From NCBI GenBank assembly GCA_951406725.2, contig OX597822.1, positions 43,544,001 through 43,606,000 on the forward strand: a stretch of 62,000 nt of DNA, given 5' to 3'. Under the pieces are notes generated by a model. It saw nothing but the letters and a program-made list of their open reading frames with translations. It had not been told where the DNA came from and searched no databases. The position numbers and the translations under genes were made by a program. Of this stretch, positions 1 to 14,059 are shown one piece after another. Source of the stretch: Octopus vulgaris. Lineage: Eukaryota. The number at the start of each line of letters is the position of its first letter. Position 1 is the first letter of the stretch.

Positions 1-111
1 ATTTGCTGCCGATAAATTTGGCGCGAGTGCGACGATTTGAAAATTTTAGGTCAGATATTGCCGAGGCAGGGATAGAGATGCCTCGTGATAATATCTGCTC
101 GGACCTGGCTG

Positions 112-216
112 TTTCTTACTGACGAATCTATCGGCCTATGGAAGATTGGCTTGATTTAATTTAATCAGGTTAGTTTACCATTAAACAATAGATGAAACGG
201 TGCATCGTATAAGAAA
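112..216 (+). ncRNA. Type I hammerhead ribozyme
   Basis: Stem I TTTCTTA(112-118)/TAAGAAA(210-216); core CTGACGA 119-125; stem II ATCTAT(126-131)/ATAGAT(188-193); GAAAC 194-198; near-palindromic stem III ACGGTGCATCGT; GTA triplet 207-209. Confidence 0.85.
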
Positions 217-595
217 TTACAGGGTAAATGTTTTTTTAATTTTCTCCTGGTTTGCGGAATTAATGTTATTTTGCGGTTGAAGCTTTGGCTGTTATTTCTA
301 GTGGGTGAATGGCCTATTATGGCCATTCCTTGATTGTGATGTTGAACTTATAAATGGTCTATGACTATTTAATTTTTTCCCACTAGGCCGCTGGTGGCAA
401 ATAAATTCTACGAAATTTTTTGCCACCCTATATTGATTAATTATGAATTTTCTGGTTAATTCCGTAATGAAATCGGCGGCTTATATTTGCTGCCGATAAA
501 TTTGGCGCGAGTGCGATGATTTGAAAATTTTAGGTCAGATATTGCCGAGGCAGGGATAGAGATGCCTCGTGATAATATCTGCTCGGACCTGGCTG

Positions 596-700
596 TTTCT
601 TACTGACGAATCTATCGGCCTATGGAAGATTGGCTTGATTTAATTTAATCAGGTTAGTTTACCATTAAACAATAGATGAAACTGTGCATCGTATAAGAAA
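596..700 (+). ncRNA. Type I hammerhead ribozyme, second tandem copy
   Basis: Same motif 484 nt downstream: CTGACGA at 603, GTA ending 693; one change in stem III (ACTGTGCATCGT). Confidence 0.8.
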
Positions 701-852
701 TTACAGGGTAAATGTTTTTTTAATTTTCTCCTGGTTTGCGGAATTAATGTTATTTTGCGGTTGAAGCTTTGGCTGTTATTTCTAGTGGGTGAATGGCCTA
801 TTATGGCCATTCCTTGATTGTGATGTTGATATATATATATATATATATACAT

Positions 853-1014
853 ATATACGACAGGCTTCTTTCAGTTTCTGCCTACCAAATCCACTCACAA
901 GGCATTGGTCGGCCCGGGGCTATAGCAGAAGACACTTGCCCAAGATGCCACGCAGTGGGATTGAACCCGGAACCATGTGGTTGGTTAGCAAGCTACTTAC
1001 AACACAGCCACTCT
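853..1014 (-). mobile_element. tRNA-derived SINE family S1 (CORE-like), 5' half
   Basis: Reverse complement matches the head seen at 32118, 25720, 49527 (GGAGTGGCTGTGTGGTAAGTAGC...GGTTCAGTCCC...CTTGGGCAAGT). Confidence 0.85.
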
Positions 1015-1187
1015 ATTTACCCCTTTCTCTCTCTTTCTCTCTCTGTTGAGTGTTTGTGAATATGTATGTATAAATATGTATATATAAATATATAAAGTAA
1101 TATTTATACGTAGGCGCATGTGCGTCGGAATAGTAAAATTTTATCGTTAGGGAATTCAAAATTCATGAAAATAATATACGCTTATAA

Positions 1188-1248
<61 letters not shown>

Positions 1249-1433
1249 TGTATATATATACAGAGAGTGAAAGAGAGAGAGAGAGGGGGTTACATTTTAT
1301 TTTAAAGAAATATGTTTACCGGACGTTTGTAGTTCACTGGCCTTTCAGTAGTTTCAAAGTTTCCCAAAATATCTCTACTTAGTAAACGTCCCCGTGGTGC
1401 TATGAAACCACTGGAAGTGCTACATGTATATAC

Positions 1434-1547
<114 letters not shown>

Positions 1548-2579
1548 ATACATGCATACAAACATATATATATGTATATATATATACACTTATATGTATA
1601 TAGATGTATGTATACATATATATTTTTTTATATATGTATGTATATATACACATACATATATGTTATATATTTATGTTTGTGTGTAGGTGTGTGTGTGTAC
1701 ATTTGTGTGTTTGTGCAAATACACAAACAATTATATGTATACATATACATATTTTTCCGTATATGTATCTAACACATTATGTGTGTTTGTGTGTGTTTGT
1801 TTGCTTTTTTGTCTGTGCGTGTGTGTGTGAATGTGTGTATTTGAAGAATAAGAGTTATAATCCACTTGTATAGAGAAATCATTTACGTTAGAGTAGTCTT
1901 TGTGAAATATGGAAATGTTGCTGGTGTTCCGAACAAACAACTAAATTCTTTATAGCCTCTAAACATTACCAGAGACAACAACAGTGAAACTACACACAGG
2001 AGACATCTTTGCCAGAAATCAGGTTTTTTAAGTTGCCATAAACGTCTGATTGTCGTCTGCTTGTGTTGTCTAATGTGTTTACGTTATATAGATTCGCTGA
2101 ATTAGAGAACATCTTTAAGAAACATAGATTTAATGCACTCACACACGAACAGACATACATGCATACACACATACACTCATGTACAGTGTCTCACGCACAT
2201 ATTTATCTATATACCGATACATATACATACATACATACATACATACATACATACATACATACATACATACACAATACAATATATGTGTGTGTGTGTGCGC
2301 GTCTGTTTCCGTTTATATGTATAGATATATAAATATATATGCGTATATATTTACTGTAATCCCACGCTATATCGTGGTTCACTTATCGCGTTTCACCTAT
2401 CGCGGTTTATCATTTAAGCTTACGTCTGTTCCACCATGGTGTTGTTTTGCCCTTATGATAAAATAATATTTACAAATTATAAAAATAATTCTAAAAATCT
2501 ACAAAAGAAAAAGTACAGTGCTGTTTCTGCTTTGCGGATTTTCACCTATCGTGTGGGGTTTTGGATCGTAACAGCCACG

Positions 2580-2662
<83 letters not shown>

Positions 2663-2713
2663 GTCTGTCTATCTGTCTGTTTGTCTGTTTGTCTGTCTGT
2701 CGGTCTGTTTATA

Positions 2714-3232
2714 TACTGGGGTTGGACAAAATAATGGAAACACCTAGCATCTTAGCATCATAAGTTTGAAATATCTATAAAACCGCCAACACCTTGTTTA
2801 TTTTTATGTTTTTGATTTATTATTAGTGTTGCTTAATATGTTTTGCTAAAATTGCCGTTTCTTTTCAGATATCATCAGAAAAGTATAATTAAAATTCATT
2901 AAAATGACAGATCCATCAGACTTTCAAAGAGATCAAAGTGTTGGTGCTCGTATGACAGGCGTTAGCGCAACGAAAACAGCCGAAATGTTTGTTGTATCAA
3001 GAAGTACTGTCTCGAAAGTAATGACAGCCTTTCAGAAAGACGGAAAACCTCGTCGAAACAAAACTCCTGAAGAAAACCAAAACTTTTAGATAGGAACCGT
3101 CGGACTGTTACGCAAATTGTTAAAAAGTATCACAAAAGTACAGCTCTCAAAATTACTGCAGAGCTTAATGATCACCCCAAGAACCTAGTTTGCACAAAAA
3201 CTATTCACCGGGAGCTGCACAAAGCCGGATAC
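2714..3232 (+). mobile_element. Tc1-like DNA transposon, 5' remnant
   Basis: TIR-like TACTGGGGTTGGACAAAATAATGGAAACACC; frameshifted transposase N-terminus MTDPSDFQRDQSVGARMTGVSATKTAEMFVVSRSTVSKVM...KSTALKITAELNDH...KTIHRELHKAG. Confidence 0.85.
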
Positions 3233-3520
3233 CCAGCGTTGCCCGGGTTATAGAAAATGAAATTTTAAAACGCCGTCTAGATCACGTAGACCTCAACTGC
3301 TAGTAGCTGAGATACCAACTTTCTACGTAATTCTGCAACCCATGCCAATATGGAACAGAGACGTTAAGGGAAATCTGAAAGCAATGTTTTCAACTCCTAT
3401 ATGTATATAAAGTTAATACATGTTTGTAACTTATTTCGTAACCAAAAAACAGGTACAGATTATTAACAATAAAAGGCCGCGCGGAGAGTACACACACACA
3501 TACACGCACACACACACAAC

Positions 3521-3659
<139 letters not shown>

Positions 3660-5734
3660 CAGCGAGTTTTCTGGTGTAAATTTATTGAAATTTGCCTTCA
3701 TTCCTTATTTGTCACTTTCGTAGAAATCTACGGATGCATAAACGTACAAAACGGAGAAAAGGAAACGACTAGTTTCCAAGTGGGACACAGTTCTCAAAAG
3801 TAACCCCCCAATCGCTTTCTTCCCAAATTCCTATGTCCCCGGAATCTACATAGTCTGAGGTGTATTTGTGGAGAATTTCATTAAAACATATCGATTTTCT
3901 TGGAAGTTAAGACGAATTGAAATGTGCTCCGGTGGTTTTTTCCCCAACACCTCCTAAAATACTTACCCCTCAAAAATTTTGTATATTCAGAATCTACATG
4001 ATATAACACATATTCGAAGAACATTTTATTAAAAGAATATCCATTTTTCTGAAAGTTATGATCATCCAAATTCGGGTTGGGGACAGAATGCTGCATTTAT
4101 GCCGACATATTTGACACTTTTCTCATAGGTATATTTACATATGCATACAGAAATACAAGGGTGCAGAATATAGTAAACAATGAAAATAACTTGATAACGG
4201 AAATTATGTTTCTTAATACGATGGGCAGAAAGTAAATAAATTTTAACGGAAAATAAAGTATTTTACGGGTTGAAGCGAAATGTGTCACTCAGTGAACCAA
4301 AGAGCCAGTATCGAAGGAACCAGAAAGAAACCGTCGACAACAGAAAAACACAAAACCGTACGGATTATAGTGAAATTTATGAATATAATTTTGTCAGTAA
4401 ATTATGAAATTACTTACATCAGTAATTGCGAATTTCTTTCTGTCAGTAATTTGTCGTTGTTTATTTTGTAAACAGCGATTGAAAACTTAGTGAAAACAAT
4501 AACATGGAAATTAAATAATGGCGTATGAAAATTGATAGTGAAAAAAATAGCGTCTGAAAAATGAAAGTCTAAACAAAAGATATAGATAGAGAGATATGTT
4601 ATAGAGAGATAGAGATAGATGGTAGATAGATAGATAGATAGAGATGGAGAGAGAGAGAGAGAGGGAGAAAAGGATAGAGAGATATACATAACGATATATG
4701 TTACGTCACTGACACTAGAAAGCCGGAATTCAATATTTTCAAAAACTTTCAAAGATGTGAATGTAATATAAAAAGCAATATTTAAAAAAAAATCAAATGA
4801 ACAGCCTATTATTTGTCCGTTTGTCCGAGGTCTAATTATTCATGTCATGCATCACAAGTATGAAAGCAATTGGTGAAGATGTTTTCATATGAAAAGTGAA
4901 TACGTACACATCTCTATTATATATATTTCGTATATATATATGTGTGCGTGTGTCTATACAGAGAATTACATATGTATATATATGTATATGTACATATGAA
5001 TATATATATATACTGTATATACATAGAAAGTGCGAGTGAGAGTGTGAGAGAGAGATAATTGCGCATGTATTTAATGAATGTGTAAGTGTATCTCCATGTC
5101 TATATCTTTGTGTGTGCGCGTGTGTGTGTGTGTTTGTGTGTGTGTGCATGTATAAACATATAGGCACATCGTGGCCAAGTAGTTAAATGTGCTTTGGACT
5201 CAAATGGTTTGAAGGTGAACTTCACTGCGTTACATCTTACTCCCGTCATCTTTTACGAAATTCTCCACTTTATTTAAATATTTTCAATCTAATCTTTTAG
5301 ATGGAGACTAAATGAAAGCCCGGCTGGTTAATTATACTTATGCTGTCGGTGATGATCAACAAATACAGATTATTTTCTGCAGATTTCACACACACTTCAT
5401 AGCTGATGAAACCACTTCTTCCTTTTTGTCGCGATAGATACAACCTGTCGACGTCACATGGAGGTGTAGAGCTCCTTCGAGTGTCATCATTTTGCTTGTC
5501 TTTCTATCATTATTTTACCCCTGTATCGCACCAGCACTATATCTCAGAGCTGCAACGGTCCATGTATTGACAGTCAGCATCTTATTTCACCACACTTAAC
5601 TATCTTTTTAACACTAACTTCAGTCTCCGTTTACATCCATTTTATAACAATTCTTTCATTTGGTCTGTTTCCGGAATGTCTAAGTTCTTATACTCGTTGA
5701 GGTCAATTTCCTCCATAGATCGCCCGTCTCATAA

Positions 5735-6087
5735 TACGAGGGTGAGTCAAAAAAATAATGCCATTTTGTTTAGGACAGGTATAATTACCACCACAGGAAC
5801 ATGTATCATACATCAAAATGAAGCTGGTCATCTGTGGATCACATCCCTACTTCTCAATATAGTCATCGTTTCTCTCAATAACAATGTTCCACTTTCGAAT
5901 GAGAGCATGTATACCTGCTCCGTAAAATTCTGTTGACCGTTCTTTGAGCCACTTCTTCACTACTTTTTTCACTTCCTCGTCACTGGACTATCATCTCATC
6001 GGCCCCATGAAAGAGGGTTTGAGAGGCAAACTTCCAGTGACGAGGAAGTAAAAACTGTAGTGAAGAAGTGGCTCAAAGAACAGTCAA
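5735..6087 (-). mobile_element. mariner 3' remnant with internal fold-back
   Basis: TIR TACGAGGGTGAGTCAAAAA; minus strand encodes SSDEEVKKVVKKWLKERSTEFYGAGIHALIRKWNIVIERNDDYIEK*; plus strand 5986-6087 encodes DYHLIGPMKEGLRGK and repeats the SDEEVK segment inverted. Confidence 0.85.
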
Positions 6088-6270
6088 TTAAAAATTCCAT
6101 TCTCTGAAATTACTTATTTACTAAACAAAAAAGATTTTAGAGCGTAAAGGGAGAGGGAAAAAGAGGAAGGAGGAGAAAAGGAGAGAGGAAGAAAGAGGGA
6201 GAGGGAAAGAAAGAGTGAAGGATAGAGATACAAAGTATTCAATAATTACATTCAAATCGATTTTGTGGTT

Positions 6271-6555
6271 GCGAGCTTACAGACTCGTTAGCACGACGTG
6301 CGAAATGCTTTGCAGTATTTCGTCTGCCGTTACGTTCTGAGTTCAAATTCCGCCGAGGTCGACTTTGCCTTTCATCCTTTTGGGGTCGATTAAATAAGTA
6401 CCATTTACGCACTGGAGTCGATGTAGTCGACTTAATCCGTTTGTTCTCTTTGTGTTTAGCCCCTTGTGGATAGTAAAGAAATTGGTACTTCGTCTCTCTT
6501 TACGTTCTGAGTTCAAATTCCGCCGTGGTCAGCTTTGCCTTTTATCCTTTCGGGG
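6271..6555 (+). mobile_element. tRNA-derived SINE family S2 (one copy plus a partial second)
   Basis: TTACGTTCTGAGTTCAAATTCCGCCGAGGTCGACTTTGCCTTTCATCC motif shared with many copies in the window. Confidence 0.85.
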
Positions 6556-6559
6556 TAGA

Positions 6560-6775
6560 TAAATTTTCTACTGTAGGCACAATATCCGTAATTTTGGGGG
6601 ACGGGGAAGTCGATTAGATCGATCCTAGAACGCAATTAGTGCTTAATTTATCGACCCCGAAAGGATAAAGGCAGAGTCGATCTCGGCGGAATTTGAACTC
6701 AGAACGTAACAGCAGACGAAATACCGCTAAGCATTTCGCCTGGCGTGCAAACGTTTCTTCCAACTTGCCGCCTTA
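6560..6775 (-). mobile_element. SINE family S2, inverted relative to the preceding copy
   Basis: CGGCGGAATTTGAACTCAGAACGTAAC...AAATACCGCTAAGCATTTCGCC is the reverse complement of the S2 head. Confidence 0.85.
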
Positions 6776-7097
6776 AATTTGAAACAAATACTAGTCCCTC
6801 GATCTGGTCTGTATTTTCCTTTAATTTATCAACCGTGTCAAAGATCAAATTAATAATTATTTTCCATCTTTAAGCCTCAGTATGTGTCTGTCTATAAAGA
6901 AGTCGATGATTTTTCAAAGAACCTTACCAAAATTCTCATAAACCTTACAAATCAATAACGAATGCAATAAGAGGATGAACAGTGAAAATTTTCCAGCACC
7001 AGCCTGTGTGTCAAAAAATTAAAAAAACGCATGTTCTTGATTGGGCTGCGGCAATGTCGTGCATTTTTTGGATGTGGAGATGAAGGGCTATTCCATT

Positions 7098-7425
7098 ATG
7101 ACGACTGCTGCTTCGTGTCACGGTATTATTACTCGTAGACCTAACTATTGTCACCGGTGATGATCCTCGACAGGCAGGATGTGTAATCAGACTTAGGCGC
7201 AATGTTCATGAGAGAATCGCAGGCTACAGCGTACACGTGATGACACGAACAAAATTCACAACTTGCGAAGTAAACACAGAGATATCATTCGGCATACTAC
7301 CCCATGAAGGACAACCGTGTGCAGCTATCTGCTGGAGTTCTACAGAACAAGCCGTATACAAATAGCACTTTGGATTCTATGCGTCGACGAACATAGAATA
7401 TAATTGTCCTTCTAATGATAACTAA
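7098..7425 (+). other. Candidate coding segment or pseudogene of a small Cys-containing protein
   Basis: Stop-free 7102-7362 (RLLLRVTVLLLVDLTIVTGDDPRQAGCVIRLRR...PCAAICWSSTEQAVYK), TAG 7363-7365, then HFGFYASTNIEYNCPSNDN* to 7425; less AT-rich than flanks; ATG at 7098 is one base out of frame. Confidence 0.3.
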
Positions 7426-8072
7426 AATTCATACGAAAATATGTTTAACCAGACAACGCTGTATTTAAATGAATATCAAAACTATACATTAGCGCCCCCT
7501 CTCCGAAATTATGTGCACATAACTTTCATAATATATATTTTTAACGACATTTTCCGCTATAAAATTTTTCCAACGTCGAGATAACGATTATGAAGTTGAA
7601 ACGAAAATATACTTTATTTATTTTTGTATCCATAATGAAAGATGTTTACAAGTGTTTCACTTCCAAATACTTTGTTTTGTAATCATCTCACCCCTTCAGC
7701 ATTTTTTTTTGATTTGCGAAATTTGTCTTTTAACTTTGACAAAAAAGAAAGTGGAGTTCCGCATGCATGGCGCCGAATACCGAGTAACTCGGCTAGGATT
7801 CACAAGGTACTACATATTTGAAGAGTTGGTGTGTTCTCGGAATCGTTACAATGTTGGATAAATTCTCTTGGTTGTTGAGTTATGTCACTTTTCTTTCTCT
7901 ATTCACATATCACTGTTGTAAAGTGAATTTACATGTCTGGAAAAAATCGATAGACGTATAAATGTACAACTTATCGATAAGCAGATCGGATGAAATATGT
8001 TATTGAAGAATTTATTAATATAAGTTATTGTAGGATATAAGTAATTAACAATTACCATATTGTTCATATATG

Positions 8073-8139
<67 letters not shown>

Positions 8140-8205
8140 TATAGATATGTATGTAGTACATATGTACATATAAATAGATATATATACATATATATATATA
8201 TATAT

Positions 8206-8275
<70 letters not shown>

Positions 8276-8933
8276 TGAACAGGTATTTATATATCCAGTT
8301 TTATTCTGCAGTCGATCACGTTTCATATTTTTCTGCTGCGACTTTGTGTAGGCTGTAAACTTTTGCTTCTTGGAGTACATTTTGGTGTTAATTGCCATTT
8401 CTTTGGGGTGGTATTTGCAGTGTTTCGCTTCCTTTCTGAAGTAAATACAAGTCCAGCTCGAAAATTGCTTACACGTGGTGTTAGTATTTAAAAATAGCCT
8501 AAATTCGGACATTTTTCAACCCTCCTGGTTAGATAATATATATACATGTATATATAAATATCCAAGGAAGAATATCGATGTTGCACGGACCACGGTCAGG
8601 CCCAGAAAGAAAGAGCGAGCAGTCTGGCGGATCGGTCACGTGGGAAGAGAAGAGAGAGAAAACTAGAAGCAGAGGAACAAAAGAATTAAAGTGGGGTAAG
8701 AGAAGAGAGAGAAGTAGAGAGACAGAAGAATTAAAGAGGGGCGAGAAAAATTGACAGAGATACAGTGAAGTGAAAAGTGGAGCGATAGTGAGTAAGAAGA
8801 CAAGGCAAAGAAATGTGAGAGAGGGGGAACGAAAGAACGAAGAGTGGAATGAACGAATAAGCGTGAAAGGGTTGATAGAAATAGAATCGTCCAAGATTTT
8901 TAGAAATGTGTACTTACATATAGGAGCACTCCA

Positions 8934-9303
8934 TCGGTTGTGACGATGAGGGTCCCAGCTGATACGATCAACGGAACAGCTTGCTCGTGATATTAACGTG
9001 CAAGTGGCTGAGCATTCCACATACACGTGTACCCTTAACGTAGTTCTCGGGGAGATTCAGCGTGACACACATGATGTGACAAGGCTGGCCCCTTGAAGTA
9101 CAGGTACAAGAGAAACAGGAAGAAAGAGTGAGAGAAAGTTGTGGTGAAAGAGTACAGCAGGATTCACCACCACCCCCTGCCGGAGCCTCGTGGAACTTTA
9201 GGTGTTTTCGCTCAATAAACACTCACAATGCCCGGTCTGGGAATCGAAACCGCGATCCTCCGACTGCGAGTCCGCTGCCCTAACCACTGGGCCATTGCGC
9301 CTC
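8934..9303 (-). mobile_element. tRNA-derived SINE family S3
   Basis: Minus strand starts GAGGCGCAATGGCCCAGTGGTTAGGGCAGCGGACTCGCAGTCGGAGGATCGCGGTTTCGATTCCC (A/B boxes); same head at 27375. Confidence 0.8.
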
Positions 9304-9766
9304 CATACTTACATATAAGAGAACAAAGTGTACGTACGCCGCTATATATATATAATACAAAATAGGACAAGAACGCAAAACATCCGGACAACTAGATGAT
9401 ACAAAAAGGGACAACAAGACATCCAGATAGACGATACAAAAATATATATGTATATGTATATGTATAAATAAAACTTTGTGAATTTAGTACTTGTCTTTAG
9501 GAGGCTGTGTCGAGGGTTTCTATTTTGACTCAGTTGCGACTATCGATTCATGACAATACTTATAAATGTTGTGCTGTGTGGGAAGCGGCATGCCACAGAA
9601 TAGATCCAACGTTTCTTCTCCGTTGTTGTAAAAGGTGACTAAACCTATGAGTTGGAGAGTTGCCGCCTGACTGGTTCAAAGGCGCCATCTACCAGGATTA
9701 GAGAATCAACAACAAATGGTCCATGTAGCGACGCGCTGCAACAGCGCACGTCCCCATAAAACAACA

Positions 9767-9849
<83 letters not shown>

Positions 9850-10929
9850 TGCTGCTGGTGGTGGTGTTGCTGTTGCTACCGCTACTGCTGCTGCCCCTTA
9901 TAAATTTTAATGTTATTTTTAAGGTTATAAATTAAATCAATTTTCTGGCCGAAGACTGTTCATTTCCCCGTAGTAAGCTCACCATGGAGACGTTGTCTTG
10001 ATTCGTACGTATTATTCCGTTGACCGTGTGGTAATTCCAATAAATAATCAGACTTTCGCGTAGCAAAAGAATTTGTCGCTAAGTATTTCATGCTCCAGAT
10101 CTCTTTCTTCGCCTTTTAAATAGATAGACACCGTTGGCCATTTGGAAGTGTGATAGATTTAGCTGCTATGCTTAGGTATCAAAGTGCAGCCTAGAAATTT
10201 TCATATAACTGTAGCTAACATTCACGTTATGTTAATTGAAAACGATAAAAAGAATTGTGGTAATTAAGACTTAGTGGCAATTGCCTTTTTTGTATTAGCG
10301 CTCATAAATATCTTGTAATTTTCGAAATCACTGTTAACACAGCAACGGAAGATTACAGTTCTGGCGACAAGCTTGAAGTAACAGAAAAATAATCATCTTT
10401 ACAATAATTCGATACAATATTCTTTGTTTTGTTGGTAATGTAATCTTAATAGCACATACATTTACGTATATGCGTCTGTCTGTCTGTCTGCCTGTTTGTA
10501 TATAAGTATGTATGTATGTATGTATATATATTTATGCATATGTGTGTGTAACAATACATCCATTTAGTCATGTATAAATTTACGCATATATGTATGTATA
10601 TATGTATGTATGTAAGTATGTATGTATACACATGTTTTCGTATCTATAACGTTACGATACGTCTCGGTCGAATTGTACCAATAGTGTATGTTTTCTTTTT
10701 CCAATATTTTTATTAAATTATTCATAACTAACGTCAAACATGATGTTTAACAGGTAAATAATACCGAAACATAAATCATCGGCGACATTACATAATAACA
10801 TATATCTAAGACAGAACGAATGTCGTGTCTTCATTTCTTTGTTGATGTATCATCTTCTCATTTATTTGGTCACATGATAGCACATTGTCTTCTAAACATA
10901 TTGTCAAATATTTAGCGCCGCATTCCCTT

Positions 10930-10997
<68 letters not shown>

Positions 10998-11130
10998 GCA
11001 TACATACCTACACACACCCACACACACAGACACGCACACACACACAGACACACACACATATATATATATATATGCATAAATACCTACACACACCCACACA
11101 CACAGACACGCACACACACACAGACACACA

Positions 11131-11178
<48 letters not shown>

Positions 11179-11387
11179 CATACCTCTAACGCCCGTTTTA
11201 CTCGTATATTTCGATAATCTTTTCCTTCCGTGCTTTCTATAGTATGTATGACGCTTCCCTCTTTATCTCCTTCTCTCTCATTCCTCCCTCTCTCTCTTTA
11301 TAAGATATATATATTTATATATATGAAAAACGTATTCTAGGCGCAGGATTTTCAATAGGCGCAGGACTTTCAATAGGTGCAGGATTT

Positions 11388-11720
11388 GCTGTGTGTTAAG
11401 TAGCTTACTTATCAACCACATGGTTCGGGGTTCAGTCCCGCTGCGTCGTTCAGCCTTGCTTGTGGATTTGGTAGACGGAAACTGAAAGAAACCCGTCGTA
11501 TATATACATGTGTTTGTGTGTGTGTATGTTTGTGTGTCTGTGTTTGTCCTCCCATCATAGCTTGACAACCGGTGCTGGTGTATTTATGTCCCCGTAACTT
11601 AGCGGTTCGGCAAAAGAGACCGATAGAATAAGTACTAGGCTTACAAAGAATAAGTCTTGGGTCGATTTGCTCGACTAAAGGCGGTGCTCCAAATGACTGA
11701 AACAAGTAAAAGAGTAAAAG
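11388..11720 (+). mobile_element. SINE family S1 with internal (TA)(TG) microsatellite
   Basis: Head, short microsatellite, then conserved 3' half ending AAATGACTGAAACAAGTAAAAGA. Confidence 0.85.
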
Positions 11721-11755
11721 AATAAAAACTATTCATTCCTTGCACGTTCTGGCAG

Positions 11756-11815
11756 ATTCCACCGGGAATATTCGAAGATTGTTGTTTCTCTTCGGTGAAG
11801 ACGTCCTCGTTTTAG
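11756..11815 (+). CDS. Candidate internal exon (phase 1-1), unknown host gene
   Basis: Acceptor TTCCTTGCACGTTCTGGCAG, donor AG|GTGACG; open frame xSTGNIRRLLFLFGEDVLVL. Confidence 0.25.
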   Translation: MPPGIFEDCCFSSVKTSSF

Positions 11816-12355
11816 GTGACGTGTATTTATAAGACATACGAGTGAACAATGAACAAGGTCATTGACATGCCGAGGCGTTTCGGCCTCTTTATGCGTCACC
11901 TCAGCTATAACGCCGGACCTATGAATCTGACATTAACAAGAGTCCTTGTTGTTAGGAATCAGCAAACATAATATTTGCTGATTTTTACGGATGCTCGCCA
12001 AATAGATAAGAAATCCTGAGGTGCAGGCAGAACGGTGAAAATCCAAATAATAACGTATCTATTGATACTTGACACGTTCTGACACATTAGAACGTGAATA
12101 TCTTATGACTGTTGTTTAACGCCAGTGGATAACACATCCTCCCTTTAGAGAATCTCTATGCACAATAAATAGAAACATTTTGGCGCCTAACCCTACACTG
12201 GTAAATTGTGAGTACGTCTAGAGGAATAGGTGTTCTCCGATGAAGAAAAACATCAGTAGTTAGATATTCACAGTGGGTTCTACTAGAACGTATGAAGTAT
12301 AAATACTTTACTGATTGTAATCTGTTCTCCTTTCATCATATGATCTATATATCTG

Positions 12356-13504
<1,149 letters not shown>

Positions 13505-13505
13505 C

Positions 13506-13571
<66 letters not shown>

Positions 13572-13735
13572 GTCTATCTGTCTGTCTGCCTGTCTGCCTG
13601 CGTGTATGTCTGTCTGTCTGACTGACTGCCTGTCTATGTATGTATGTATGTATGTATATATGTATGTGTGTATCTATCTATCTATCTATCTATCTATATA
13701 TATATATATCTATCTATGTATATATCAATCAATCA

Positions 13736-13820
<85 letters not shown>

Positions 13821-14059
13821 CGGACGTGCTGTCATTTCGGCTCCGAAGGTAATCGTTTATTTTGACTATTTATAGCCCATATTTTGTGTACATTTTTGTA
13901 AATAAGGTGTGTAAGGCACCCAACTTTCGTTTGAGTGCTTTTCCAAGGGAGGAATTCGCCCCTAGGGGCAGTTTCAACCCTATTTAATTTGTGTAATTTT
14001 CTTCTCGACATTAAAAAATGTCGAGAAATTTTATTGTAGAACGCTGGTCGCGTTCCTTT

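Larger units (their letters stand above)
1..829 (+). repeat. 484-bp tandem repeat (1.7 units visible, runs off the window start), one hammerhead per unit; retrozyme-like
   Basis: 1-345 recurs at 485-829 with about 2 substitutions seen; ends against (TA)n at 829. Confidence 0.9.

Noticed and set aside
1-829. CRISPR-like or prokaryotic contamination reading of the tandem repeats
   Set aside because: Units are long and identical without spacers, and are embedded in eukaryotic SINEs and microsatellites.
11868-11915. Minus-strand GGCC-GAAAC-GCCTC hammerhead-like motif
   Set aside because: Core CUGANGA and cleavage triplet both broken; too degenerate.
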